Assembly: GCF_004010195.1 (NCBI RefSeq)
Contig: NC_057717.1
Span: 106,943,945 to 107,003,417 of the forward strand
DNA from: Chiloscyllium plagiosum
Taxonomy: Eukaryota
Length of the DNA stretch: 59,473 nucleotides
Reading direction: 5' to 3'
Positions 1 through 12,100 of the stretch are shown in pieces. The notes below the pieces were generated by a model that was given only the letters and a program-made list of their open reading frames with translations, was not told the origin of the DNA and searched no databases. A program made the translations under genes and the position numbers. The number at the start of each line of letters is the position of its first letter. Positions within the stretch are counted from its first letter, which is position 1.

Positions 1-760
1 CCCCTTTGGCCATCGATGTTGCACCGACCTGTGAACTATTCTCGGCTCATCCCCCTACACTATCCCAAAATCATCCATGTGCTTTTCTAAGGATTGTTTA
101 AATCTCCCTAATGTGGCTGAGTTGACTACATTAGCAGATAGGGCATTCCATGCCCTTAGCACTGTCTGTATAAAGAACCTGCCTCTGACATCTGTCTTAA
201 ATCTATCACCCCTCAAATTGTAGTTATGCCCTCTCATACATGTTGATGTCATCATCCTAGGAAAAAAGACTCTAACTGTCTACCCTATCTAATCTTCTGA
301 TCATCTTGTATGCCTCTATCAAATCCCCTCTTCGCCCTCTTCTTGCCAATGAGAACAGGCTCAAGTCTCTCAGCCTTTCTTATAAGACCTTCCCTCCAGT
401 CCAGGCAACATCTTGGTAAATCTCCTCTGCACCTTTTCCAATGCTTCCACATCCTTCCTGAAATATGGGGACCAGAACTGTACACAATATTCAAAGTGTG
501 GCCGCACCAGCGTTTTGTATAGTTGCAACATTATATTGCGGTTCCGGAACTCAATCCCTCTACCAATGAATCCTAACACACCGTATGCCTTCTTAACAGC
601 ACTATCCACCTGGGTGGAAACCTTCAGGGATCTATGTACTTGGATTCCAAGATCCCTCTGCACATCCATCCTACCAAGAATCTTTACATCGACCCAGTAC
701 TCTGCCTTCCTGTTATTCTTCCCAAAGTGTATCACCTCACATTTAGCTGCATTGAACTAC
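1..760 (-). mobile_element. CR1 LINE 3' fragment
   Basis: ORF2 C-terminal motifs LYKTLVRPHFEYCVQFWSP, LEKVQRRFTKM, FFxQxVxxxWN. Confidence 0.9.
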
Positions 761-761
761 A

Positions 762-1596
762 TGTACAGCATAGAGATGTGCAGCACGGAAACAGACCCTT
801 CGGTCCAACCCGTCCATGCTGACCAGATATCCCAACCCAATCTAGTCCCACCTGCCAGGACTCGGCCCATATCCCTCCAAACCCTTCCTATTCATTATAC
901 CCATCCAGATGCCTTTTAAGTGTTGCAATTGTACCAGCCTCCACCACTTCCTCTGGCAGCCCATTCCACACACATACCACTCTCTGTGTGAAAAAGTTGC
1001 CCCTTAGTTCTCTTTTATATCTTTCCCCTCTCACCCTAAACCTATGCCCTCTAGTTCTGGACTCCCCCATCCTAGGCAAAAGACCTTGTTTATTTACCTT
1101 ATCCATGCCCTTCATGATTTTATAAACTTCTATAAGATCACCCCTTAGCCTTCGACGCTCCAGGGAAAACAGCCTCTCCCTATCAACATCTCCCTATAGC
1201 TCAAATCCTCCATCCCTGGCAATATCTTTGTAAATCTTTTCTGAAACCTTTCAAGTTTCACAACATCATCCCAATAGGAAGGAGACCAGAATTGCATGCA
1301 ATATTCCAACAGTAGCCTAACCACTATCCTGTACAGCCGCAACATGACCTCCCAACTCCTGTACTCAATACTCTGACAAATAAAGGAAAGCATACCAAGC
1401 GCCATCTTCACTATCCTATCTACCTGTGACTCCACTTTCAAGGAGCTATGAACCTGCACTCCAAGGTCTCTTTGTTCAGCAACACTCCCCAGGACCTTAC
1501 CATTTAGTGTATAAGTCCTGCTCTGATTTGCCTTCCCAAAATGCAGCACCTCGCATTTATCTGAATTAAACTCCATCTGCCACTCCTTAGCCCAAC
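762..1596 (-). mobile_element. CR1 LINE 3' fragment (second subfamily)
   Basis: WQMEFNSDKCEVLHFG, ERFQKRFTK, FFTQRVVCVWN; same 3' UTR as the copies at 23585, 44403 and 59259. Confidence 0.9.
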
Positions 1597-3090
1597 TCCT
1601 TAAAAGTTTCACACAGTCAGTGACATGGGTGGTTGGAAAATATATTGTCATTTTTGGTGATGTAGTACACCACATTTTACTGGGCCAGAGATCATTTACT
1701 TAAGATTATGAAACTGATGAGCTAACCTGGCAAATTTAAACCTTCTCTACAATGTCTCCTCAGAAACTCAGTGCAGTACCTGTGCAATATCATCTGCAAA
1801 TTAGCAAGATGTTGATGGAGATTGCTGTACTACAAGACAGCAGTGAACCCTCTTGCTAATTAAACCAAACACTCAGAAAAGCTCACCTCGCCTCATAATC
1901 TGTTAAAGTATGAGTGACAGAGAACTCCCAAATTCCACTATTCAAAGAATATAATATCAGTTTATTCTTTAACTCCTAAAAGTGAACACTAAACAGCAAC
2001 TATTTACAACTCTAAGCCTCCCTTTCTCTTAACTGCTTATTATCTGCCTCCCACTTTATAGGAATATAATGTTCCAGTAAAATCTTATTAAAATTGCATC
2101 AGCTTAATTTCAAACCACACAGTGGCTTTCGTCATCGGTGTCTGTCTTCTTCTGGCTGAAGATCTCCCTGGGTCATCTTTCTTTTTACTGTGAAGATGTT
2201 TCATATGAAAAAAGATACCTTTGATAGAGGGTGTTTTGCTGGAAGTTACTCTGTCTAACTTTCAAAATGCCTGCTTCTTTATACCCCAAGCATCGGATTG
2301 CCTTATAGGTTTGAGGTTGGCAAAAACATTAAAATCAAACTCGACTGGGGCATAATTTAAACTGGCTAAATTCAAATTGTTGTCAAAACAGCAACCAAAA
2401 CTCAGGTATACATTTCATAGCCAAATGTTACATATTTTCAATTTTCCAGTGCACCGTGAGACTGCTAGCTAGTCATATGACAAGTGCTTGGAAACTCTCA
2501 GTGCAAGACAGCATTCGCTGTCTCTTAAAGGTACAGTACACACACTTCATAACAGCTGGCAGAACCTAACCCCTATCTTGAAACTGGAGCTTAACATAAA
2601 GCTCACTCACTCACCCTGTCTCTAGTGAAGACTTGAATCCACTGCTTTCTTTCCTTTCCCTGTTCTAGATATCACCCTGAGAGGAAGGGACGAAGTGAGA
2701 GGAAATGCCATTTTATTGAAGTTAAACAATATTGTTTGTGGTCAGACAGGTTCATACACCTTCATACATATAAGCATGCAGAAGGGAAGACATAATTTCA
2801 CGAGTATCAATGCAGTTATGTGAGCAAAACTATGCGAATTTTCACAAATACAAACAACTGACTGTGTATCGAAAAAGCAGGAAAATCGACGTTTCGGGCA
2901 AAAGCCCTCCGAAACGATGATTTTCCTGCTCCCTGGATGATGCCTGACCTGCTGTGCTTTTCCAGCACAACTCTAATCTTGACTCTAATCTCCAGCATCT
3001 GCAGTACCCACCTCCACCTGTGTATCTAAAAACTCATAGCCATTTTCTCCATCATGCCAAGGTTCAGTTAATCTTTGGGGACTGACTCAC

Positions 3091-3187
3091 CTTTGTTTAT
3101 AGAATCTACAGAAACTGAAGGAAATAACTGCAGTCACCACAAATGTAGAGAACAGTGCCACAAGCATCCAGGTCACAACCTGTGAAC
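3091..3187 (-). CDS. Receptor exon: transmembrane helix (GSQVVTWMLVALFSTFVVTAVISFSFCRFYKQR)
   Basis: 97 bp, ttgttcag| and |gtgagt, phase 1->2; hydrophobic run followed by basic stop-transfer residues. Confidence 0.9.
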
Positions 3188-6100
3188 CTGAACAAAGCAG
3201 AAAACAGGATCAGAACTTACACACACGGCCAACAGGCAGGCCTGCTTTTTCACTGACTGGACTGCCCAATACACAAACTACCAGTAGCTGCTTTCACTAC
3301 ATTTTCTCATCAGGCAGCTCTCTTCTGATTCAGAAGGTTACGGTGTCAACCATGACTCCAGGACTTGACTTCAGACAACAGCAGTGCAACACTGAGGGTG
3401 TGCAGCACTGTTAGGAGGTCAGTACTGAGTGTATGCTGCACTGTCAGAGGGTCAGTCCTCGGGGCGTGCTGCACTGCCAGAGGGTCAGTCCTCGGGGCGT
3501 GCTGCACTGCCAGTCAGTGCTGAGAGAGTACCGCACTGTTGGAGGATCAGTACTTAGGGCGTGCTGCACTGTCAGAGGGTCAGTACTCGGAGTGGGCTGC
3601 ACTGCCAAGTCGGTGTTGAGGGAGTACCACACTGTTGGAGGATCAGTACTCAGGGCGTGCTGCACTGTCAGAGGGTCAGTACTGAGGGTGTGCTGCACTG
3701 TTGGAGGGTGAGTGCTGAGGGAGTCCCATACTGTTGGAGGGTCAATACTGAGGGAGTGCTGCACTGTTGGAAGGTCAGTGCTGAGGGAGTGCTGCACTGT
3801 TGGAGGGTCAGTACTAAGGGAGTGTTGTACTATGGGAGAGTCAGTACTGAGGGTCTGTTGAAAACCATTCTGGGTTGTGATAAGGTGGTGTATGAATTCT
3901 TTAATATTTATTTGCCATGATTTATATCAATTCCTCTTAGCTGAAAATGCATTTTCTCATTGTGATTGAGCTTGAGTTTAAAATAAAAACAGAAACAGCT
4001 GGGAAAACTCAGGATGTCTGCAGCATCTGCGGAGAGAAAGCAGAATTAATACTGAAGAAGAGTCACTGGATCTGAAATGTTAACTCTGCTTTCCCTTCAC
4101 AGATGCTTCTAGACCTGCTGAGGTTTTCCCATTGTATCTGTTTTTGTTTCTGATTTTCAACATCCACAGTTGTTTGGTTTTTTTTTTGTAAAGATCTTGA
4201 CTTTGACCTTGGGAAAATACTGAGTCATGGCTCTTTCCACATTACAAGGATATCATTGTTTCTCATTGGGTTGCTGGAGATCCTGGACTGTTTTCATTTC
4301 AAAAATCTGGAAGTACCATCACTATTTCCTTCCCAAACCACTCCCTTACCCCGTTCACCAACATTACCTTGTGTTTTGAAGTGAAGGTATGGCCCTCTAC
4401 GTCCCTCTCCTGCAATAGTGGACGCTGTCATCCAGATTGTGTAAGTACTGTCGGGCTCCAAGTGTGACAATGTATATCTGTCTAATGTATAGCTTAAATT
4501 GCGAGCTGTGAGGAAGAACAAAGTTTTGAGATGTACATCTTTTTCCCTCATAGAGCCAACATAGAGAAGCATGTAACCATTCATATTTCATCCATGCAGG
4601 AACTCTTCAAGTATACGTCCAGCTAAGTGAATGTTGAGGCTTATTCAACAATGGGGCCAATATCCAAGATTCACACACACACACACACATTTACAGTCCT
4701 GCAGAATCAATGGATCTCAATCAGGAGCCATGCGTTTGTAGCTAACCTGTGATTCCAGGCCAAATGCAAGCCTTACTACGACACATCTCACCCATTCACA
4801 GGGGTTTCATTGTAAGCACGGAGATAACACACCCATGGAGTGGGGTTTCATGGTGAGCACCAGACATATTGTACCTATAAATGGGAAGGACATGCTGAGC
4901 ACCAGAGATAACACAGCACTGAGTGTGGGACATGGTAAACACCAGACATTACACAGCACTGAGTGGGGTTACACAGAGGTTACACATGTTCCCTCTATTA
5001 GACTGACACAAACGGCTTCTCACTCAATCTCCTTGTATCATAAATGTTTTACATGAATTGTCAATTTAATCCACCATTGAAATACAACTCTAATAAGTAG
5101 CTGAAACAGTTTAATGACAGTTGTTAATAACTGCCAATCAATTCTAGTCCAGTAAATGAGAAGCAAAACAATAATGCATTTCTTCAGGCTGTGGATTGTT
5201 GAAGGAGGTTTTAATAGTGTCAGATTTTAATTTTTTTTTCCTTTCTGCCATTTTTTTCTCTCTCTGTCTGTTACTGCAGTCTATTTTCTCTTTCTTTTGT
5301 ACTTATCTCTGTATAATAACCTCTAACTTATCCTCTTTCTTGATGATTTTTTTATGATTCTAGATCCTGAAGTCTTATTGAGGAAGGAGATACCAGCATG
5401 GCCATGTTCTTCAGCAATGCTCTCTGCACATTGTTATTAGCTTGTTCTTAACACAGTAAAATGTTTTGGAGCTGAAGGCTGAAAGAAAGTTGCAGTTCAG
5501 TGTGGGGTGACCCACTTCAGTGAGTTCCAGGCCGTCGGGTATTCACTGGCAGTGTCAGGAAAGTAGAGCTGAGGGTTGTGACCCTGGCTGTGAAATAGAT
5601 TAATTTCTCTGCCACAGCTGTGATAGTCAAAGAGAATTCAAAATCCTAAAAACCTAGCTTGAGATATTGCAAGCAATCAGTGACTGCTCAGGACAGACTT
5701 TGCAAAGCCTGTGGCAGAGGGATATCAGTACTCAACTGTTGAAAGTCACATGAATTACACAAGCTATTGGATTCAGGACCAAGATGTGAAAATAAAATGG
5801 ATAAAACTACTTTAGCTGTGGTCTCACTAATATCCTGTATGCTGGTAGCAAGGCACCTACTTTTATACTCTATTCCCATTGTAATAAAGGTCAACATGCA
5901 ACTATGTCCCAATTATTTGCTGTACCTACCTACTAACCTTTGTGATTGATGGACAAGGACACCCCGAAAATCATTCTGTGCTGCTGTATTCAGCATTCTG
6001 TCTTTACTTCAATAAGATCTTGCTTTTCTGATCTTGCTGCCAAAATCGCAAACCTCACATTTTCACATTATACTCTATTTGTTAAGATTTCTGTCCACTC

Positions 6101-9100
6101 ATTTAATCCACTTTATTTCTTTGTAGACTCTTTACATCCCTCTCAGACTTGTTTTCCTACCTATCTCTATATCATCAACAATTGTGGCAACTCTTTGTCT
6201 GAGTCATTAAAATGGATCATAGATCCCACCATTCAATCCTATGGCACCAACCTGAAAATGAGCAACTTGTAATTTTTGAGAAGATTTGTAGCTCATGTTG
6301 CGGTTCAGATTATAAGTTTGCTCACTGAGCTGGAAGGTTTGTTTTCAGGCGTTTCGTCACCATGCTAGGTAACATCATCAGTGAGTCTGCGGTGAAGCAC
6401 TGGTGTTATGTCCCACTTTCTATTTATGTGTCTTAGTCTGTTAAGGAGGGTGATATCATTTCTGGGTTTTTTTTCTCAGAGGTTGGGAAATGGGGTCCAA
6501 ATCGATGTGTTTATTGATGAAGTTCCAATTTGAATGCCAGGCCTCTAGGAATTCCCGTGCATGTCTCTGTTTAGCCTGTCCTAGGATGGATGTATTGTCC
6601 CAGTCAAAGTGGTGTCCTCCTTCAACTATATGTAAGAATATTAGTGATGGTGGGTCATGTCTTTTCATGGCTGGTTTGTGTTCGTGTATCTTGGTGGCTA
6701 GTCTTCTGCCTGTCTCTCCGATGTACTGTTTGTTCCAGTCTCTGCATGGTATTTTGTAAATAACATTTGTTTTGCTGATTGTTTGTGATAGTGTCCTTCA
6801 GGTTCATCAGCTGCTGTTTAAGTGCATTGATAGGTTTGTGGGCTACTATGATGTCAAGTGGTCGGAGTAGCCTGCTAGTCATTTCAGAGATGTCTTTGAT
6901 GTATAGTATTATGACCGGAGTTTCTGGGTCCATTGTTGTTTGTTGTTTGTTGTTTAGGAATCGGCGGACTGTGTTTATCGAGTACCCGTTCTTCTCATAT
7001 ACGCTGTATAGGTATTTTTCTTCAGCTGCTCATAGTTCCAGGGTGCTGCAGTGTGTTGTGACCTGTTTTACTAATGTCCTGATGGAGCTCTGTTTGTGGG
7101 TGTTGGGATAATTACTTCTGTAGTTGAGAATCTGGTCTGTGTGCGTTGCTTTCCTGTAGATCTGAAGGTCTCCATTAACTGTTTGTTCCACTGCGACATC
7201 TCGGAAGGGGAGTATGTTGATGTTCTCCTCTTTTGTGAATTTTATGCCAGTAAAGATACTGTCAATGATGCTGTAGGTTTCCTTTAATTTGTTCCTTTTT
7301 TTTTGTGATGATAAAGGTGTCATCCACGTAGTGGACCCAAAGTTTGGGCTGTTCGTTCAAGCCTCCCCCATCCAACCCAAACTTTGGGTCTGCTCTATGG
7401 GTGACACCTTTGTCATCACAAAATGGAACAAATTAGAGGAAACCTACCACATCATCAACAATATCCTGACAGGCATAAAATTCACAAAAGAGGAGGAGAA
7501 CAACAACAGACTCCCCTTCCTAGTTGTCACAGTGGAACGAACAGTTAATGGAGAACTTCAGACAGGAAAGCAACACACACTGACCAGATACTCAACTACA
7601 GAAGCAATCATCTCAATAACCAAAAAAAGAGCTGCATCAGGACATTATTTAAACAGGCCACAACACACTGCAGCATCCAGGAACTATGAGCAGCAGAAGA
7701 ATAATACCTATACAGTGTATTTGAGAAGAACCGGTCGCCGATAAACACAGTCCGCCGATTCCTAAACAACAAACCCAAACAAGCAGACACAACGGGCCCA
7801 GAAACTCTAGCCAGATTACCATACATGAAAGACACCTCTGAAATGACTACCTGCCTACTCCAACTTCTTGGCATCATGGTAGCCCACAAACCTACCAAAA
7901 CACTTAAACAGGAGCTGATGAACCTAAAGGATTCTATAGAAACAACCAGCAAAACAAATGTCATTTACAAAATACCATGCAAGGACAGGCAGGCAGAAGA
8001 CTAGCCACCAGGATACATGAACACAAACCAGCCACTAAAAGATATGACCCATCATCACTAATATTCTTACATATAGTTGAAGGAGGACACCACTTTCACT
8101 GGGACAACACATCCATCCTAGGGCAGGCTAAACAGAAACACGCACAGGAATTCCAAGAGGCCTGGCATTCAAATTGGAACTTATCAATAAACACATCGAT
8201 TTGGATCCCACTTACCAACCTCTGAGAAAAGAACCAGAAATAATATCACCCACCTAACAGACCAAGATACATAAATAGTGGGATATAACACCAGTGCTTC
8301 ACTGGAGGCTCACTGATTATGTTACCTAGCATGGTGATGAAACGTCTGAAAACTAACCTTCTAACTCAGCAAGCAAACTTACAATCTGAATGAGCAATTT
8401 TTCCTGACTCTCCATTTCCTGATTATCAGTAGATCCTCCATCTACACTGATACGTCACCCATACAATAAGACCATAAATAGTAACAGGAATAGGCAATTC
8501 AGCCCCTTGAGCCTTGAATTTACCATTCAATAGGATTATGGCTCATCTGACATTCCTCTTGCCAACTTTCTTGCATTTTCCCTGTAACTCCTGATTCTAT
8601 CTATCTCAGCCTTAAATATGCACAAGGACTCTTTCCGCTGCAGCTGTGTCGAGGTTTTCCAAAGACACTCAAACCTCTGAGAGAAGAAATTCCTTTTTAT
8701 CTCGATGAGCTCTTGTTCAGTAACCTTTTATATAACACCATTTGGAATGCATTCTAGAAATGCAAATATGCCACATATACTGGTTCCCTTTAATTCAGCC
8801 TGCTTTTTACATCTTCAAAGAACTATAATCAATTTGACAAACATGATTTCCCTTTCACAAAATCATGTTGACTGCCTGATATTATTTTGTTTTTCTAAAT
8901 GTCCAGCTAATATTTCCTTCATAATGAATTCTGTCAATTTTCCTGTCATGGAGTTAGGCTAACAAGCCTATGGTTTTCTGCTTTCTGTATCCCTGTTTTC
9001 TTGAATAGTGCTGTTACATTTACAGTTTTCCCTTCTGTTCATACTTTTCCAGAATCCAATAACTCTACAGCCACCTCCTTTAAGTCTGTAGGAAGCAGGT

Positions 9101-12100
9101 ACTTGGGCCAAATGAATCGGAAAGTCTTTTGTTTAGCTTGTAATAGTGATTGTTTTAAGTTCATCTCTTGCTTTAGCTGCCCATTTTCCCACTATTTTTG
9201 GGATATATTTTGTATCTTCTACTAATAAGACATTTACAACATACAAAATGCTAAATTGATTCTTCTTACTCTTTTGTTTTGCAAGTCCACCTGGATTCTT
9301 GACGTAGTACAGAGTGAGGCATTTTATAAACCCCTGTTGCTGATCCAGTGGGAGATCCTTCCATAGCAGAGTGACCCCAGTCTGGGAGATATTTAGAATT
9401 GAGATTTCAGGCCCAGCAAGAGGAACTGCGAGAGAATGAAAATGAAACACTAACATGGAGCAAAAATAACATCTGAGAAATGTTTCATGTACTGCATCTT
9501 CGTGAGAACAGGCATCAGTTAACCTGAGGTCATCTGAAAATTGGAAGCATTGAATTGAATAATAACAATTTGTTTTATGGAATTTGAGAAATGTCACATT
9601 GATAGAACTGAGCTGATTACTATTTATCGGGTTCCTCCACCATAACCTTCATCATTGTAAATTACATCTTCTCTCAGCCTCAGTATTCAGCTCTTTCCTA
9701 GATTCCTAATTCTGAATTTATCCATAAGACTATAACAGCATAAGACATAGGAGGGGAAGTAAGGCCATTCAGCCCGTCGAGTGCACTCCGCCATTTAATC
9801 ATAGCTGATGGGCATTTCAACTCCACTTACCCACACTCTCCCCATTGTCCTTAATTCCTTGCGAGATTAAGAATTTATCAATCGCTGCCTTGAAGACATT
9901 TAACGTCCCAGCCTTCACTGCGCTCTGTGGCAATGAATTCCACAGGCACACCACTCTCTGGCTGAAGAAATGTCTCCTCATTTTCATTCTAAATTGACCC
10001 CCTCTAATTCTAACACTGTGCCCACAGGTGCTAGTCTCCCTGCCTAATGGAAACAAATTCCCAGTGTCCACCCTTTCGAAGCCATGCATTATCTTGTAAG
10101 TTTCTATTCGATCTCCCCTCAACCTTCTAAACTCTGATGAATACAATCCCAGGATCCTCAGCTGTTCATCATTCCAAAGATCCTCCATGTGAATCTCCAC
10201 TGGACACGCCCCAGTGCCATTATATCCTTCCTGAAGTTTGGGGCCCAAAATTGGACACAGTATTCTAAGTGGGACCTAACTAGAGCTTTATAAAGTCTCA
10301 GAAGCCCATCACTGCTTTTATATTCCAACCCTCTTGAGATAAACGACAACATTATATTTGCTTTCTTAACCACGGACCCAACCTGCAAGTCAACCTTTAG
10401 AGAATCCTGGACTATCACACCCAAATCCCTTTGTACTTTGGCTTTATGAATTTTCTCACTGTTTATAAAATAGTCCATGCCTGTATTCTTTTTTCCAAAG
10501 CGCAAGACCTTGCGTTTGCTCATGTTGAATTTCATCAGCCATTTTCTCGCACTTTCTCTTTTGTAATGGCTATCATTACTCAACTCTGCTCCCTGACTCT
10601 CCTTAATTGTTGGGATATTACTCATGTCTTCCACTGTGAAGACTGGACACAAAGTACTTATTAAGTTCTTCAGCTATTTCCTTATCTCCCATCACGAGCC
10701 TTCCTGCACTAATTTGGAGTGGTCCAATTATACGTTCTGCCTCTCGTTTGTTTTTATGTATTTAAAGAAACTTTTGCTATCATTTCTAATATTACTGGCT
10801 AGCTTACCTTCATATTTGATCCTCTCCTTCCTTATTTATCCCTTATTATCCTCTGTTTGTTTTTGTAGTCTTCCCAATCTTCTGATTTCCCAGTGCTCTT
10901 GGCCACTTTATAGGTGCTCTCTTTTCCTGTGATACATTTCCTGACTTCCTTTGTCAGCCATGTCTGTGTAATCTACACCACCCCCCTCACCGGATATCTT
11001 TCTTTTCTTTGGGATGAACCTCTGTACTGTATCCTCAATTACACCACCCAGAAACTCCTGCCATTGTTGCTCTCCTGTTTTCCCCACTAGTCTCTGCTTC
11101 CAGTCAATTTTTGTCAGTTCCTCTCTCATGCCCCTGTAATTACTTTTATTTAACTGTAACACCAATACATCCAACTTTGCCTTCTCTCTTTCAAACTGCA
11201 GACTGACTCTACCATATTATGATTGCTGCCTCCTAAGTGTTCCCTTACTTTAAGATCTTTTATAAAGTCTGGTTCATTACATAGCACTAAGTCTAGAATA
11301 GCCTGCTCCAAATTGTGGGCTCCATCACAAGCTGTTCCAAAAAGACATTCTGTAAGCATTCCATGAATTCCCATTCTTTGAATCCACCGGCAACATTATT
11401 CACCCAGTCCATTCATATATTGAAGTCCCCCATGATCATCCTGGTGAATACACAATGTATGTTTCCTTTCACGTTAATCTTGTCTCTGTAATAGATTACA
11501 GAAAACTGCACACCTTGTAGCCGAACCAATATTAGTAGCTGATTCGTGAGTGCACAGTTGTGAATAACACAGGCCATTTAGCCTAACTGCTCAGTGCTGG
11601 TGCCTATGGTCTGCTTGAAGCCGATCCCACATTGCCTGATTTCACCCAACAGAATGTCCTTCCCTTCTCTCTCATTGTTTTACCCAGGTTGTCTTAATAG
11701 TAACGGTCTTTCCAGTGGTCATCCCTCATTCAGCCTTTCAGTGGAGGATGAAGGATAAGTAGGGTAGGAGGATATGGCTGCAGTCTGCTCACTCATATAT
11801 CACTGCCCCTTGCCTATCCTCAGTAATCTACCGGGTTTATTTATGACTGTTTTATATTCATGGTCCCAGAAGTGGAAATATCTCCAAATAGTTGACCCTA
11901 TCAAATTTCTTCAGAGAGCTGTAGAGCTCATGTGGGTTGACTGTGTCGAGAAAAGAGTCCCAGAGCTCAATATTACCATCTCTCTCAGGAAGATTTGCAG
12001 GTAAACAGGTTTCACTGACAGCAACAGGAAATGGTACCTCCTTCTTCTGCATAAACCAGAGTGGACACTGGGCCTCCCAATCCTGCCTGATATCGAGCGT

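Noticed and set aside
1..3090. Search for the receptor Box1 (PxxPxP) cytoplasmic exon
   Set aside because: None found; the region is CR1 and other repeats, so the exon is presumed left of the window.
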